A stretch of 64,000 nt of DNA. It comes from Chitinophagales bacterium. GTDB taxonomy: Bacteria; Bacteroidota; Bacteroidia; Chitinophagales; LD1. A model generated the notes under the pieces. It had not been told where the DNA came from, did not search any database, and saw only the letters and a program-made list of their open reading frames with translations. The first letter of the stretch is position 1, and the number at the start of each line of letters is the position of its first letter. The position numbers were made by a program, and so were the translations under genes. The stretch covers positions 26,271 through 90,270 of the forward strand of contig JBGAVP010000001.1 in assembly GCA_044228065.1 (NCBI GenBank), in the 5' to 3' direction. Shown here piece by piece: positions 30,007-39,659 of the stretch.

Positions 30007-31119
30007 TTAGAATTTAGGACAGAATATTGTTTGTGGTCTTCTCTTAGCAAAACATCCTACATAAGAAGCTGCTATTTCAAATGCTCCTTGCGTTTTAGAT
30101 CCTTGCACCAATTGAGATACATTTATATCGTAAGCAGCACTCACATTAATTCCAGAGAACTCCACCCCAGCGGTAATAATTACAGCTTCTCCATTCAGTT
30201 GCTTGTCTTTCCAAACAGCTTTATCATCACCACCTACGGCTCTAAACATAGCACCAAATCGGAAGTTATTTCCCTCTGGGTCTCTATCTTCAAATAAGAT
30301 TCTGATATCAGCACCTATATTCATTTCGTGGCTCACACCTTGATTCATGTAAATAAATTTCGGTTGTCCGTCAAATCTTCCTTTGATAGGAAAACGAACT
30401 CCCCCATGTACCGTAAACTTCATGGGTAAACGAACACTTTTATCTCCTAAGAAAGACTCAACAGGTCTATTTAAGTGGTCAGCTGCTACACCTAAATATC
30501 CGCTTGTTCTACCTCTTCTTCCAAATTTACCAGTATACAATAAACCCGTAGAGATATCCCAAAATAGAAAGTTGTTGTTTACCAAATATTCTCCTGTAGG
30601 CAATAATGGGTTATAAGAGCCATTATCATTCTGAGCAGGAAACTGCAATCCTGTGTAATCAATAGAGCGTTGCCAAATAGCAGTAGTAAATCCTAAACTA
30701 ATAAAGTGCTCATTTCTTCTATCTAAAGATTTGTGATACGCAATAGAAAGACCAGCTCTATTAGTTTGAAAACGACTTGCTCCTGCTTTGTCATTTAAAA
30801 AGTAAGCTCCAAATCCAAACGCATCTCCTTGCATAAAACCTTTATTGGTTCTAAAATCTAAAGAAGCACTAGGTGTACGAAACATAGGTACCGCTTCATC
30901 TCTTAAAACAGAACCCCACTGCCCACGAAAAATGGCTGTAATTCTGTAGTTGCAACTCATGGCTCCTGTCAATGCAGGATTCAACAACATAGGTGCTGCA
31001 TAAAATTGTGAAAAGTGAGGATCCGAAGCTCCTCCTTGACTTTGAGCAGATGCAGACGATGCAATAGCTATAAAAAGGATTGCATGTAAAAATTTCTTCA
31101 TAGAAAAATATTTATTCAT
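30007..31119 (-). CDS. PorP/SprF family T9SS outer-membrane protein
   Basis: DPHFSQFYAAPMLLNPALTG, RGQW, AYDINVS and C-terminal CPKF motifs; follows a type B CTD gene. Confidence 0.92.
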   Translation of the reverse strand: MNKYFSMKKFLHAILFIAIASSASAQSQGGASDPHFSQFYAAPMLLNPALTGAMSCNYRITAIFRGQWGSVLRDEAVPMFRTPSASLDFRTNKGFMQGDAFGFGAYFLNDKAGASRFQTNRAGLSIAYHKSLDRRNEHFISLGFTTAIWQRSIDYTGLQFPAQNDNGSYNPLLPTGEYLVNNNFLFWDISTGLLYTGKFGRRGRTSGYLGVAADHLNRPVESFLGDKSVRLPMKFTVHGGVRFPIKGRFDGQPKFIYMNQGVSHEMNIGADIRILFEDRDPEGNNFRFGAMFRAVGGDDKAVWKDKQLNGEAVIITAGVEFSGINVSAAYDINVSQLVQGSKTQGAFEIAASYVGCFAKRRPQTIFCPKF

Positions 31120-31152
31120 GTTTACGTAATAGGGTTTCTAAAGATACAATTT

Positions 31153-34100
31153 TTATCGAATAAGTGTAATGCTACCATTTTTTTGTTTCTTTTTTCCATT
31201 TAAGTACTCTGCTACTACCACAAAAGTATAAACGCCTGGAGGTTGTAATGCACCTTTATAGGTTCCATCCCAACCAGTCCATTGATTATTTGAATCAAAA
31301 ACTTTTTCACCCCAGCGATTGAATATTTTCATATCTACCGTTTTGATTCCAGAACCAAACAATAATAAGACGTCATTATTTCCATTTCCGTTGGGAGAGA
31401 ATGCATTTGGCATATAAAAATCTGGTCCATTATTTACATTGATTTTTACCGTAGTAGTGGATATACAATTTCCTAAATAATTTACATCCAAACGATACTC
31501 TGTATCATAGTATGGTGTGGCGGTTGGCTCCACACAATCTACACAACTTAGTCCACCTACAGGAGTCCAAGAATAACTATGAATCGCATTGAGGTCATAG
31601 CCTCCTGTATTGGTAAATAGTTTTAAAGAAGAACCTAACTCTATGGTGCTATCTTGTGGAAGCACTGTTACAATTAATTCATTAGGTTGTTCCACTTTCA
31701 CAATAGTATCTTTTACACAACCTTGTCCATCCTTAACAAATACACGATAACTTCCAGAAGCCAAATTGGTGAAAATATTTTGCGACTGATACGTAACTCC
31801 ATCTAAAGAATATTGATATGCCGTAGTAGTACCAGGGGTTCCTCCAATTGCTTCCACTAAAATTTTTCCATCTGTAAATTTAGGACAAGAAACAGAATCT
31901 GCTTTTACATCTGTAAACTCAATGGGTGCGGGAGATACAAATGTTACATTCAAAACAGTATCGCAACCTCTCGAATCTGAGACAGTAACTGCGTAAACTG
32001 CAGGTGCTAAATTGTCAACTGAAGCATTAGAAGGTAATCCATTATTCCACGCAAAACTAATGGGAGGTGTTCCTCCGTTTACAGTCACTGTTGCTTTTCC
32101 ATCATCGGCATTCGCACAAGTAATGGGTGTTGCGTCTAAACTTGCATTTAAAGATGGCGGGTCCACTAATGTGACATCTTGTGACACCGTGCATCCATAA
32201 TTATCAGTAGCTGTAACCGTATACGTTCCAGCTATTAAATTTAAAGAAGTATCGGTATAACTATTTGCCCATCTGAAACTATAAGGCGCATTGCCACCTG
32301 ATGCTGCTACCCATGCTTTTCCGTTTGTATAACCAGCGCAAGCAGGGTCTTGTTTATCGGTAACTAAAACTACTTGAGTGGGTTGTCCCACCTCTATTGT
32401 ATTAGTGGCTGTACATCCATAATTATCTGTTACAGTTACGTCATAAATAGCCGCTGCAAGTGTTGAAGCAGTTGCGGTAGTTTGATTAGAAGGGTTCCAA
32501 AGATATTGATAGTTAGGCGCACCATTTAATGCGGTAACCGTAGCATTTCCATCGGCTGCACCAAAACATTTGGCACTATCTGCGACAATAGAAGTTTGCA
32601 AAACATAATCAGTATCTACTGCAAAACTTTGCGAAACAGTACAACCATTTACATCCGTTACTATTAAAGTATGTTGCCCCGCAGCTAAGGTATTAATGCT
32701 ATTTCCTCCTGCAGTTCCATCCCAAGCATAAGAATAAGAAGGGGTTCCATTACTTACTACTACCGAGGCGCCTCCATCATTACTGCTTTCACAATGTGCA
32801 TTAAAAGGCGTTACCGATGCCCCTATTTGTAACGGTTCATCAATTACAAAATTAGCATCTGCTGTACATCCTCTGGCATCGGTAACAGTTACAGAGTGTG
32901 GCCCTGCATTCAAATCATTAGCTATGGTAGAGGTGCTAGCGCTTCCACTCCAAACATAACTGTAGCCTGGTGTTCCGCCCATTGCCATTACTTCTGCTAA
33001 TCCATTACTATCTCCAAAACATTTCACTGAATCGGTATTTGTAATCATGGCGGTAACCTGAGTAGGCTCTCCCAATCCAATGCTAGCGATAGCGGTACAA
33101 AAATTTGCATCCGTAACCGTGACAATATAATTTCCTGGAGCTAATCCAGTATTAGGATTCACTACTCCACCTATGTTCCAATCGTAGTTATAGCCTGAAG
33201 TTCCGCCACTTGCTATGGCTATTAAAGAACCATTGTTAGCTCCAAAACAAGTAATAGAAACAGAGTCTATTTGAATATCAATGGCAGTAGGCGCGGTAAT
33301 GGTGTAGGGTCCTTCTACCACACTTACATTATTAGCATCCGTAATCGTTAAATAATAATCTGCTGGTGGTAAATTATAGATAGTATCTGCACTACTTCCT
33401 GTACTCCAAACGTAGGCATAGGGTGCCACTCCACCATAAGCAGTATCTAACCACAAAGTTCCTTTTGAATCATAAGAACAAGGATTATCTACTTGACCTG
33501 TAACTACCACAATAGGTGGTGGGTCTTTAATAACGGCAGTGTCTTTTATGCAACAATTATTCTTATCACAAATAGTCACGTAATACGTTCCTGCCACTTT
33601 ATTTTTAATTGAATCTATTGTTTCTCCCGTAGACCAAAGGTATGTATAGGGCTGTGTTCCACCACTGGCCGTTACTTTTGCTTTACCATCTGAACCACCA
33701 TTTGCGGTTACATTTTTCACCACCATTACGGAAGTAAGAATTGCTGGTTGTTGAATGTTTTTAGAAGTCGTTACTGTACATCCCTTAGAATCGGTAACCG
33801 TAAGAAAATAATTGGCTGGTGAAAGATTGAGTGCTGGATTATTAGCTGCACCTCCACTCCAAGTGTAAACATAAGTGGCTCTTCCTCCCGAAACGGTTGC
33901 TGTTATTTTTCCATCACCCGCACCAAAACAACTCACATTCACAGAATCTAAGACCACTGTCAAAAGTGTAGGGTTACTCAAAATTGCAGTGGCAGAACCC
34001 GCACAACCCTTGCTGTCTGTTGCTGTTACAGAATAGGTATTCGGTGCTAAATTTTTGATAGAATCTACATTGCCACCTCCGCTACTCCATACATAAGTGA

Positions 34101-37068
34101 TAGGTGCCACTCCTCCAGTAAGCACCGCTTTTACTTTTCCATCTGTAAAATTATTACAGGAAATAGAATCTACCAGTAGGTTTACAGGAAGGCTCGTTCC
34201 TACTGTAACACGCGCTGTATCGGTAAGTGTACAAGAACCACCCGTAACTACACAAGTATAAAGTGTAGTAACCGTAGGGTTTACTATCGGATTTGCGAAA
34301 CCCGCTCCCGCTCCCGAAGGTGGTGCTGAACCAGCAGGGTTAGAAGTCCAAGTATACGTAAATTGATTGCCTGGTAATGGACTGCCCTTTACAGTGGTGC
34401 GTAATTGCACAGGCACCAAGTTGCAAATAAACGTATCGGGATTGACAGCCAGAGTCAGATTCGTATCTACAAAAATGGTAACAAAATCATTGCCTGTACA
34501 GCCATTGTCTGTTACAGATACCAAATACTTTTGCTGCCCCACAGGTGTAGCAAAAGTAGTGTCCTTATTAGAAGGGTTGGCTGCATTCGGTCCTGTATTG
34601 GGGGTCCAAAGAATGGTGTAATTATCTAAAGTTGGATGGCAAATATTAAACTGGAAATTTGGACGATTGTAATAGGCTCCTGGCAAGAGTGGAGAGGGTG
34701 GCGTTCCTGTAACACCACACATATCAGAAACATCGCTCACAGTCATCCAGCAAGACCTATAGGTAGTAGGCGTATATCTCATTTTAGGATTAATATTTCC
34801 TTTAGATATACTGTTAAAACAAATGTCAACTAACAGATTTGAAACACCGTCCCAATCATAGGGAACATCTAATACATGATTATTCCAGCCTGCTACTGGA
34901 GCTGGGAAAGCCGCTCTGTAGTATACTTGTGCCGAAACGGGTTCAAAATTAGTAATGCTATCTACACTGGTACAAGCCATTTTTATATAAAAATTTTGTA
35001 CTGATGCACTTCCATTAGAAGTACCTACGTCCAATGAAATACTGGTGATTTTCCCCCCAGCACCCAAGACTGCTTTAAGCTCACTGGCACGAATTAAATA
35101 TTGATGACGAGCGCTTTTTTTGGCATTACCATAAGGGGACGGATAAATAGACCCTCCACCACCTTGTATAGTGCTTCCAGTTCCCACTTGACCTGTAATA
35201 GTAGAACCTACACAGGGTCCTGGTGACAGCCCACAAGAGGAAGGATTTCCAATAACCGTAAGGGTCACTGGAGTGCCTGGACAAATGTATCGTGGGTTGG
35301 CACCAGCAATTACAGCAGGAGCAGTTCCTGTTACATCTACTTTAACAGAGTCATAACGTACACAACCATTTGAAGCTGTAAAGTAGCAGTAGTAAGTAGT
35401 ACTAGCGGCAGGTTGTGCTACTGGATTTAAGGAAGTATCGGTAGGTGCTCCTGTCAACGGATCTTTCAATCCTGCAGAAGGCACCCATTTTATTTGATAC
35501 GGTGCAAAGGTATTGGCTACTGAAGCATTCAATTGCAACTGCCCATTCTTACAAATAGAACCTCCCGCACCTGCATCCATTGCAAAGGTAGGGCGAACTA
35601 AAACCAAGGCGGTATCTGTTCCGCAATCACTCGTGAAAGTATATTTTGTATCTACCGATGGTGCTGCTAATGGATTTATGGAACCTGTAGGTGGTGCCAA
35701 ACCAGCAGTAGGGAACCAACTAAAATTACTTCCTCCTGTAGCTTTTAACTGAATGGGCGTACCACAATATACCGAGGTATGCGGAGTTACCGTTACTTTA
35801 TTGAGTACACACACTTTATAAGGTCGGGTAAAATTTCCTTTTATGGGACAGTCATCTGTTTCAGTAGTAAGAGTAAAATAAACACAGCCTGTATCTGCTA
35901 TAGTAGGTGTCCACACAATTCTTGCTGTTACGGTATCCCCAGTACCTATGGTGGTAAGCGTGGCACCTGGCAAAGGGGAAGGAGATGCTGTTACATTGCT
36001 CTTGATAGTTATGTTTCTACCATTCGGATCTGTCATTACCACATCAAATGTAGCTTGGGTATTTGGGCAAACTTGAAGTGATACAGAGTCTTGTGCGGTT
36101 CCGTTATTGATATTGGAAATAGGTCCCTGTGAAGGTGTAGAAACAATGCAATTCAGAATAGTCACCTGAATATCGCGCATGGTAGAACCCACCAAAACAC
36201 CATTTCTATACTCCTCTACCTTTATAGTTACTACATCTATCTCGGTAGCACTAGGAGTAAAATTTAACTGACCAGTAGATTGGCTAAATGAAAAATTTCC
36301 TGCAGCTGTTTTAATAGGATTGCTAAGTGAATACCCAGCACTGTATGCAATAGGGGTATTAGTAGCTCCTAAAGGTTGTACCAGTTTATACACCAATGAA
36401 TCCCCATCTATTTCAGAGGCTCCATTGTTATAAAACACTGGGTAATTTTGGCACACAAAAGGAACTGGGTCATACCCAAAAGCCACCGAACTATTGGTAT
36501 AGTTGGTACCCGTATTGGGGTCTATCGCATTATTGATAATTGCTTCCACATATAAATCGGAAGAGCTGGAGTTCAATAAATTAGTAGAGGTATTTCTAGC
36601 AGACTCTGCAAACGTTAAAAGCCATTGTGAGCAAGCACTGGGCAATGTAAGCACGCCTGTATACGAAAGCTTTCGCACCCCTGTATAAGGGCCTGGAGGG
36701 CTTGCACAAGTACTTTGATTTAATTGTGATGGGCAAAGCTGTGATACCTCACATCCATTGGTTCCCGAAACACCACCCGCAGCACAAGGGTCGGTAGTAA
36801 TTTTATTTAGTGTTATTGACTGAGAGGCCGAAGAACCACAACCTACATTTAAAGCATCTACAATAACAGAAGTAGGAGCCGATATACCGCTACAATCGCG
36901 GTAAAAACTTAAGGTTACCTGATACTGCATTTGCCCCGAACCATTTTTACCTATGTAGGTATACTTCAAATCACAACCCATAGCGTGGGATGCTTTTGCT
37001 GTATTAGGGGTTAATAGAACTATGGAGAATAAAAAGAGTAAAAATTTATACATTCGATTGGTAACCAT
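31153..37068 (-). CDS. Large SprB-like surface adhesin with ~11 SprB repeats and a T9SS type B (CHU_C/gliding-motility) CTD
   Basis: Signal peptide; SHAMG..YRDC N-domain; repeated CxGxxDG..GGxxPYxYxW..L.AGxYxVTVTDxxGC; PNAFSPNGNGNND..FNRWGE..WDG..GSITLIR. Confidence 0.93.
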   Translation of the reverse strand: MVTNRMYKFLLFLFSIVLLTPNTAKASHAMGCDLKYTYIGKNGSGQMQYQVTLSFYRDCSGISAPTSVIVDALNVGCGSSASQSITLNKITTDPCAAGGVSGTNGCEVSQLCPSQLNQSTCASPPGPYTGVRKLSYTGVLTLPSACSQWLLTFAESARNTSTNLLNSSSSDLYVEAIINNAIDPNTGTNYTNSSVAFGYDPVPFVCQNYPVFYNNGASEIDGDSLVYKLVQPLGATNTPIAYSAGYSLSNPIKTAAGNFSFSQSTGQLNFTPSATEIDVVTIKVEEYRNGVLVGSTMRDIQVTILNCIVSTPSQGPISNINNGTAQDSVSLQVCPNTQATFDVVMTDPNGRNITIKSNVTASPSPLPGATLTTIGTGDTVTARIVWTPTIADTGCVYFTLTTETDDCPIKGNFTRPYKVCVLNKVTVTPHTSVYCGTPIQLKATGGSNFSWFPTAGLAPPTGSINPLAAPSVDTKYTFTSDCGTDTALVLVRPTFAMDAGAGGSICKNGQLQLNASVANTFAPYQIKWVPSAGLKDPLTGAPTDTSLNPVAQPAASTTYYCYFTASNGCVRYDSVKVDVTGTAPAVIAGANPRYICPGTPVTLTVIGNPSSCGLSPGPCVGSTITGQVGTGSTIQGGGGSIYPSPYGNAKKSARHQYLIRASELKAVLGAGGKITSISLDVGTSNGSASVQNFYIKMACTSVDSITNFEPVSAQVYYRAAFPAPVAGWNNHVLDVPYDWDGVSNLLVDICFNSISKGNINPKMRYTPTTYRSCWMTVSDVSDMCGVTGTPPSPLLPGAYYNRPNFQFNICHPTLDNYTILWTPNTGPNAANPSNKDTTFATPVGQQKYLVSVTDNGCTGNDFVTIFVDTNLTLAVNPDTFICNLVPVQLRTTVKGSPLPGNQFTYTWTSNPAGSAPPSGAGAGFANPIVNPTVTTLYTCVVTGGSCTLTDTARVTVGTSLPVNLLVDSISCNNFTDGKVKAVLTGGVAPITYVWSSGGGNVDSIKNLAPNTYSVTATDSKGCAGSATAILSNPTLLTVVLDSVNVSCFGAGDGKITATVSGGRATYVYTWSGGAANNPALNLSPANYFLTVTDSKGCTVTTSKNIQQPAILTSVMVVKNVTANGGSDGKAKVTASGGTQPYTYLWSTGETIDSIKNKVAGTYYVTICDKNNCCIKDTAVIKDPPPIVVVTGQVDNPCSYDSKGTLWLDTAYGGVAPYAYVWSTGSSADTIYNLPPADYYLTITDANNVSVVEGPYTITAPTAIDIQIDSVSITCFGANNGSLIAIASGGTSGYNYDWNIGGVVNPNTGLAPGNYIVTVTDANFCTAIASIGLGEPTQVTAMITNTDSVKCFGDSNGLAEVMAMGGTPGYSYVWSGSASTSTIANDLNAGPHSVTVTDARGCTADANFVIDEPLQIGASVTPFNAHCESSNDGGASVVVSNGTPSYSYAWDGTAGGNSINTLAAGQHTLIVTDVNGCTVSQSFAVDTDYVLQTSIVADSAKCFGAADGNATVTALNGAPNYQYLWNPSNQTTATASTLAAAIYDVTVTDNYGCTATNTIEVGQPTQVVLVTDKQDPACAGYTNGKAWVAASGGNAPYSFRWANSYTDTSLNLIAGTYTVTATDNYGCTVSQDVTLVDPPSLNASLDATPITCANADDGKATVTVNGGTPPISFAWNNGLPSNASVDNLAPAVYAVTVSDSRGCDTVLNVTFVSPAPIEFTDVKADSVSCPKFTDGKILVEAIGGTPGTTTAYQYSLDGVTYQSQNIFTNLASGSYRVFVKDGQGCVKDTIVKVEQPNELIVTVLPQDSTIELGSSLKLFTNTGGYDLNAIHSYSWTPVGGLSCVDCVEPTATPYYDTEYRLDVNYLGNCISTTTVKINVNNGPDFYMPNAFSPNGNGNNDVLLLFGSGIKTVDMKIFNRWGEKVFDSNNQWTGWDGTYKGALQPPGVYTFVVVAEYLNGKKKQKNGSITLIR

Positions 37069-37180
37069 TTATTGTACAACTAAAGAGAGTAAATATAATA
37101 CTTTGGTTGTATTCCTATGGCAAAATAAAATTTGGGTCTATCAATTGTCTTTTGTACTTTTCAAATCTAAACTAATGCTT

Positions 37181-37540
37181 ATGTCTACCGAAAAAGTGTA
37201 TACCTCCTTTTGGGATTTTTATCCCTACTACCTTACCGAACATGCGCTCCCTATCAACAGAACACTGCATTTTATAGGTACCGCGTTTGTAATAGCGCTT
37301 GCCATAGCAGCACCGCTTACAGGCAGGTATGTTTTGTTTGGGTTAATGCCGCTCTTTGGTTATGGTTTTGCATGGTTTGGTCATTTTATGTTGGAGAAAA
37401 ACAGACCAGCTACCTTCAAATATCCCTTCTACAGCTTAGGTTCTGACTTTGTTATGTTTTGGCACATACTTACGGGGCAAATAAACCAAAAGGTAGAAGA
37501 AGCACACCAAACAGTGGGGGTAGAAAACAAATGGAAATAA
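37181..37540 (+). CDS. DUF962 / Mpo1-like membrane protein
   Basis: FYPYYLTEH..NRTLHFIGT and GYGFAWFGHFMLEKNRPATFKYP motifs. Start MSTEK preferred. Confidence 0.9.
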   Translation: MSTEKVYTSFWDFYPYYLTEHALPINRTLHFIGTAFVIALAIAAPLTGRYVLFGLMPLFGYGFAWFGHFMLEKNRPATFKYPFYSLGSDFVMFWHILTGQINQKVEEAHQTVGVENKWK

Positions 37541-38068
37541 ATGAATATTCAAAAGCTTGAACAAAAAACCCATCTGGTTATTGATGAATATTTGAAGGGT
37601 TTAGATAATTACTCTATAGAGCAGTTACAACAAAAACCTTCTGAAGACGCATGGTCGCTTGGTCAGGTATATATCCACCTTTGGATGAGTGCCAAGGGTT
37701 TCTTTTTTAAAAATGCAGAGCGCTGTTTAAATAAAGAAAATACAGAAAGTGGCAAGGGCAAAAACTTTGTGGGAACGCTGGTTTTCCTCTTTAATAAAAT
37801 GCCTACTGTAAAAGTAAAAATGCCCGATAAAGTAGCGGTAGTGCCCAAGCAACCTGAATCGAAAGAATACATCATCAATAAACTTTTAGAGATTAAACAG
37901 CTGTCGTCTGATTATATAAAACGAATACCAGACTCTGACCCTAATCTCAAGACCAAACATCCATTTTTAGGTTACCTGAATACGGCTGAATGGATTCGAT
38001 TGTGCAACATGCATTTTCGCCATCACGAGGCACAGAAAAAAAGGATTTGCAACCAACTCAAATTCTAA
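37541..38068 (+). CDS. DinB family four-helix bundle protein
   Basis: KPSEDAWSLGQVYIHL and HPFLGYL..EW..MHFRHH motifs. Confidence 0.9.
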   Translation: MNIQKLEQKTHLVIDEYLKGLDNYSIEQLQQKPSEDAWSLGQVYIHLWMSAKGFFFKNAERCLNKENTESGKGKNFVGTLVFLFNKMPTVKVKMPDKVAVVPKQPESKEYIINKLLEIKQLSSDYIKRIPDSDPNLKTKHPFLGYLNTAEWIRLCNMHFRHHEAQKKRICNQLKF

Positions 38069-38138
38069 TACTTAGACAATAGTTCCTCCTCTCATTCGTC
38101 TTCCTCTCAAAAAGTAGGTGCTGATAGCACAAAAATCT

Positions 38139-38146
38139 TACTTTTG
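38139..38146 (+). promoter_or_regulatory. -7 promoter element for the tolC-like operon
   Basis: TACTTTTG, 19 nt before the TTG at 38166. Confidence 0.55.
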
Positions 38147-38165
38147 CACCGCTAAATTTTTTCGT

Positions 38166-39626
38166 TTGAAATCTTACATCCTTACGCTTCTTACCGTTTT
38201 TATCTGCTCTGTTTCGTTTGCGCAGCAAAACGAAACTTCATGGACTTTAGAACAGTGCTTGAAATGGGCTGCGGCCAATAACATTCAAATTAAGCAAGCG
38301 GAGTTATCGGCTAAAATTGCCAAGAACACTTACTTACAAAGTAAATTGAATTTGCTTCCAACTATTAGTGGTGATGGTAGCTATGGTTTCAATTTTGGAA
38401 ACTCCATTAACCCTACTACTTATTCCTTTTCACAAACCAATTCGCAGTCTGCCTCTATGGGTCTTTCAGGCAACCTGCCTTTGTTTACAGGATTACAGCA
38501 AATACACAACATAGGAAAAAGCAAAGCCGATTTAGAAGCCAATAAATACGATTACGAAAATACCATTAACAACACGGCCTTAAACATTACCAATCTTTTT
38601 TTACAAATAGTAGTGAACAAAGAATTAGAAAAGGTAGCTGAAAAACAATTAGAGATTTCAAATGAGCAATTAGATCGGGCGAAGAGACAAGCTCTAGCAG
38701 GAACTTTAGCAGAGGCTTCTATTTTTGAATTTGAGGCTCAGAAAGCGAGAGATGAAGCCAGTTTAACTAATGCCCAAAACAATGTAGAAATCAACTTGCT
38801 CTCCTTAAAAATTGCACTACAAATACCCGACAAAAACAATTTCAACATTGCAGTACCCGATTTAAAAGCAGATAATTTACAAGACCTGGCCAAACTTTCT
38901 GCTAACGGAATATACGAATACGCGCTCAATAATCAGCCCTCTATTAAAAGCTCTGAGGCTCGTTTGAAAAGTGCCCAATACACTGAAAAAATTGCATTGG
39001 GCAGTTTGAGCCCTACTATATCTCTGGGTGCTTCTGTTCGTAGCAATTACTTTAGTCAAAATTACAAATACGGAGCAGTTCAATATAAATTTGTGGATTA
39101 CGGAACCCCTATTTTTTCTACAGCTACCGGTACTCCTGGTGCTGGAGATGTAATAGGCTACGATAGATTAACCCTTTCTCGAGAGCAACTAGGAGTCACT
39201 CCTTTTTCTCAACAACTAAAAGACAATCTCACTAAAGCAGTGAATATAAATTTGAGCGTGCCTATTTTTAGCGGTTGGAAAAAAATGACCAACATTCAAA
39301 ACAGTAAATTACAACAACAAATTTCATCGTTAAATTTAGAAGCTTCTAAAAACACCTTGCGCCAAGATGTACTAAGAGCATACACTACCGCCAAATCTGC
39401 TGCTGAGTCTTATTTTGCGAATCTAAAGGCGTATGAATCTTCCAAAAAATCGTTGGATGCTTTTGAGAAAAGATTTAGTGTAGGACTTTCCAATAATTTT
39501 GAATTGCAACAAGCCCGCACCAATTTAGTACGAGCAGAATCACAAATGATACAATCTAAATATACCTACTTGCTAGACCTGAAAATTTTAGATTTCTATC
39601 AAGGAAAACCAATTACTCTAAATTAG
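38166..39626 (+). CDS. TolC family outer-membrane efflux protein
   Basis: Signal peptide; WTLEQCL..A..NN, LLPTISG, LSVPIFSG and LDFYQG motifs. TTG start at 38166 preferred. Confidence 0.93.
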   Translation: MKSYILTLLTVFICSVSFAQQNETSWTLEQCLKWAAANNIQIKQAELSAKIAKNTYLQSKLNLLPTISGDGSYGFNFGNSINPTTYSFSQTNSQSASMGLSGNLPLFTGLQQIHNIGKSKADLEANKYDYENTINNTALNITNLFLQIVVNKELEKVAEKQLEISNEQLDRAKRQALAGTLAEASIFEFEAQKARDEASLTNAQNNVEINLLSLKIALQIPDKNNFNIAVPDLKADNLQDLAKLSANGIYEYALNNQPSIKSSEARLKSAQYTEKIALGSLSPTISLGASVRSNYFSQNYKYGAVQYKFVDYGTPIFSTATGTPGAGDVIGYDRLTLSREQLGVTPFSQQLKDNLTKAVNINLSVPIFSGWKKMTNIQNSKLQQQISSLNLEASKNTLRQDVLRAYTTAKSAAESYFANLKAYESSKKSLDAFEKRFSVGLSNNFELQQARTNLVRAESQMIQSKYTYLLDLKILDFYQGKPITLN

Positions 39627-39659
39627 AAGTCAGATAATAGAAATTAGAAAAATAATAAA

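Noticed and set aside
31700-34200. Repetitive DNA resembling a CRISPR array or repeat element
   Set aside because: The repeats are degenerate protein-level SprB units inside one ORF. There are no identical direct repeats with spacers and no cas genes.
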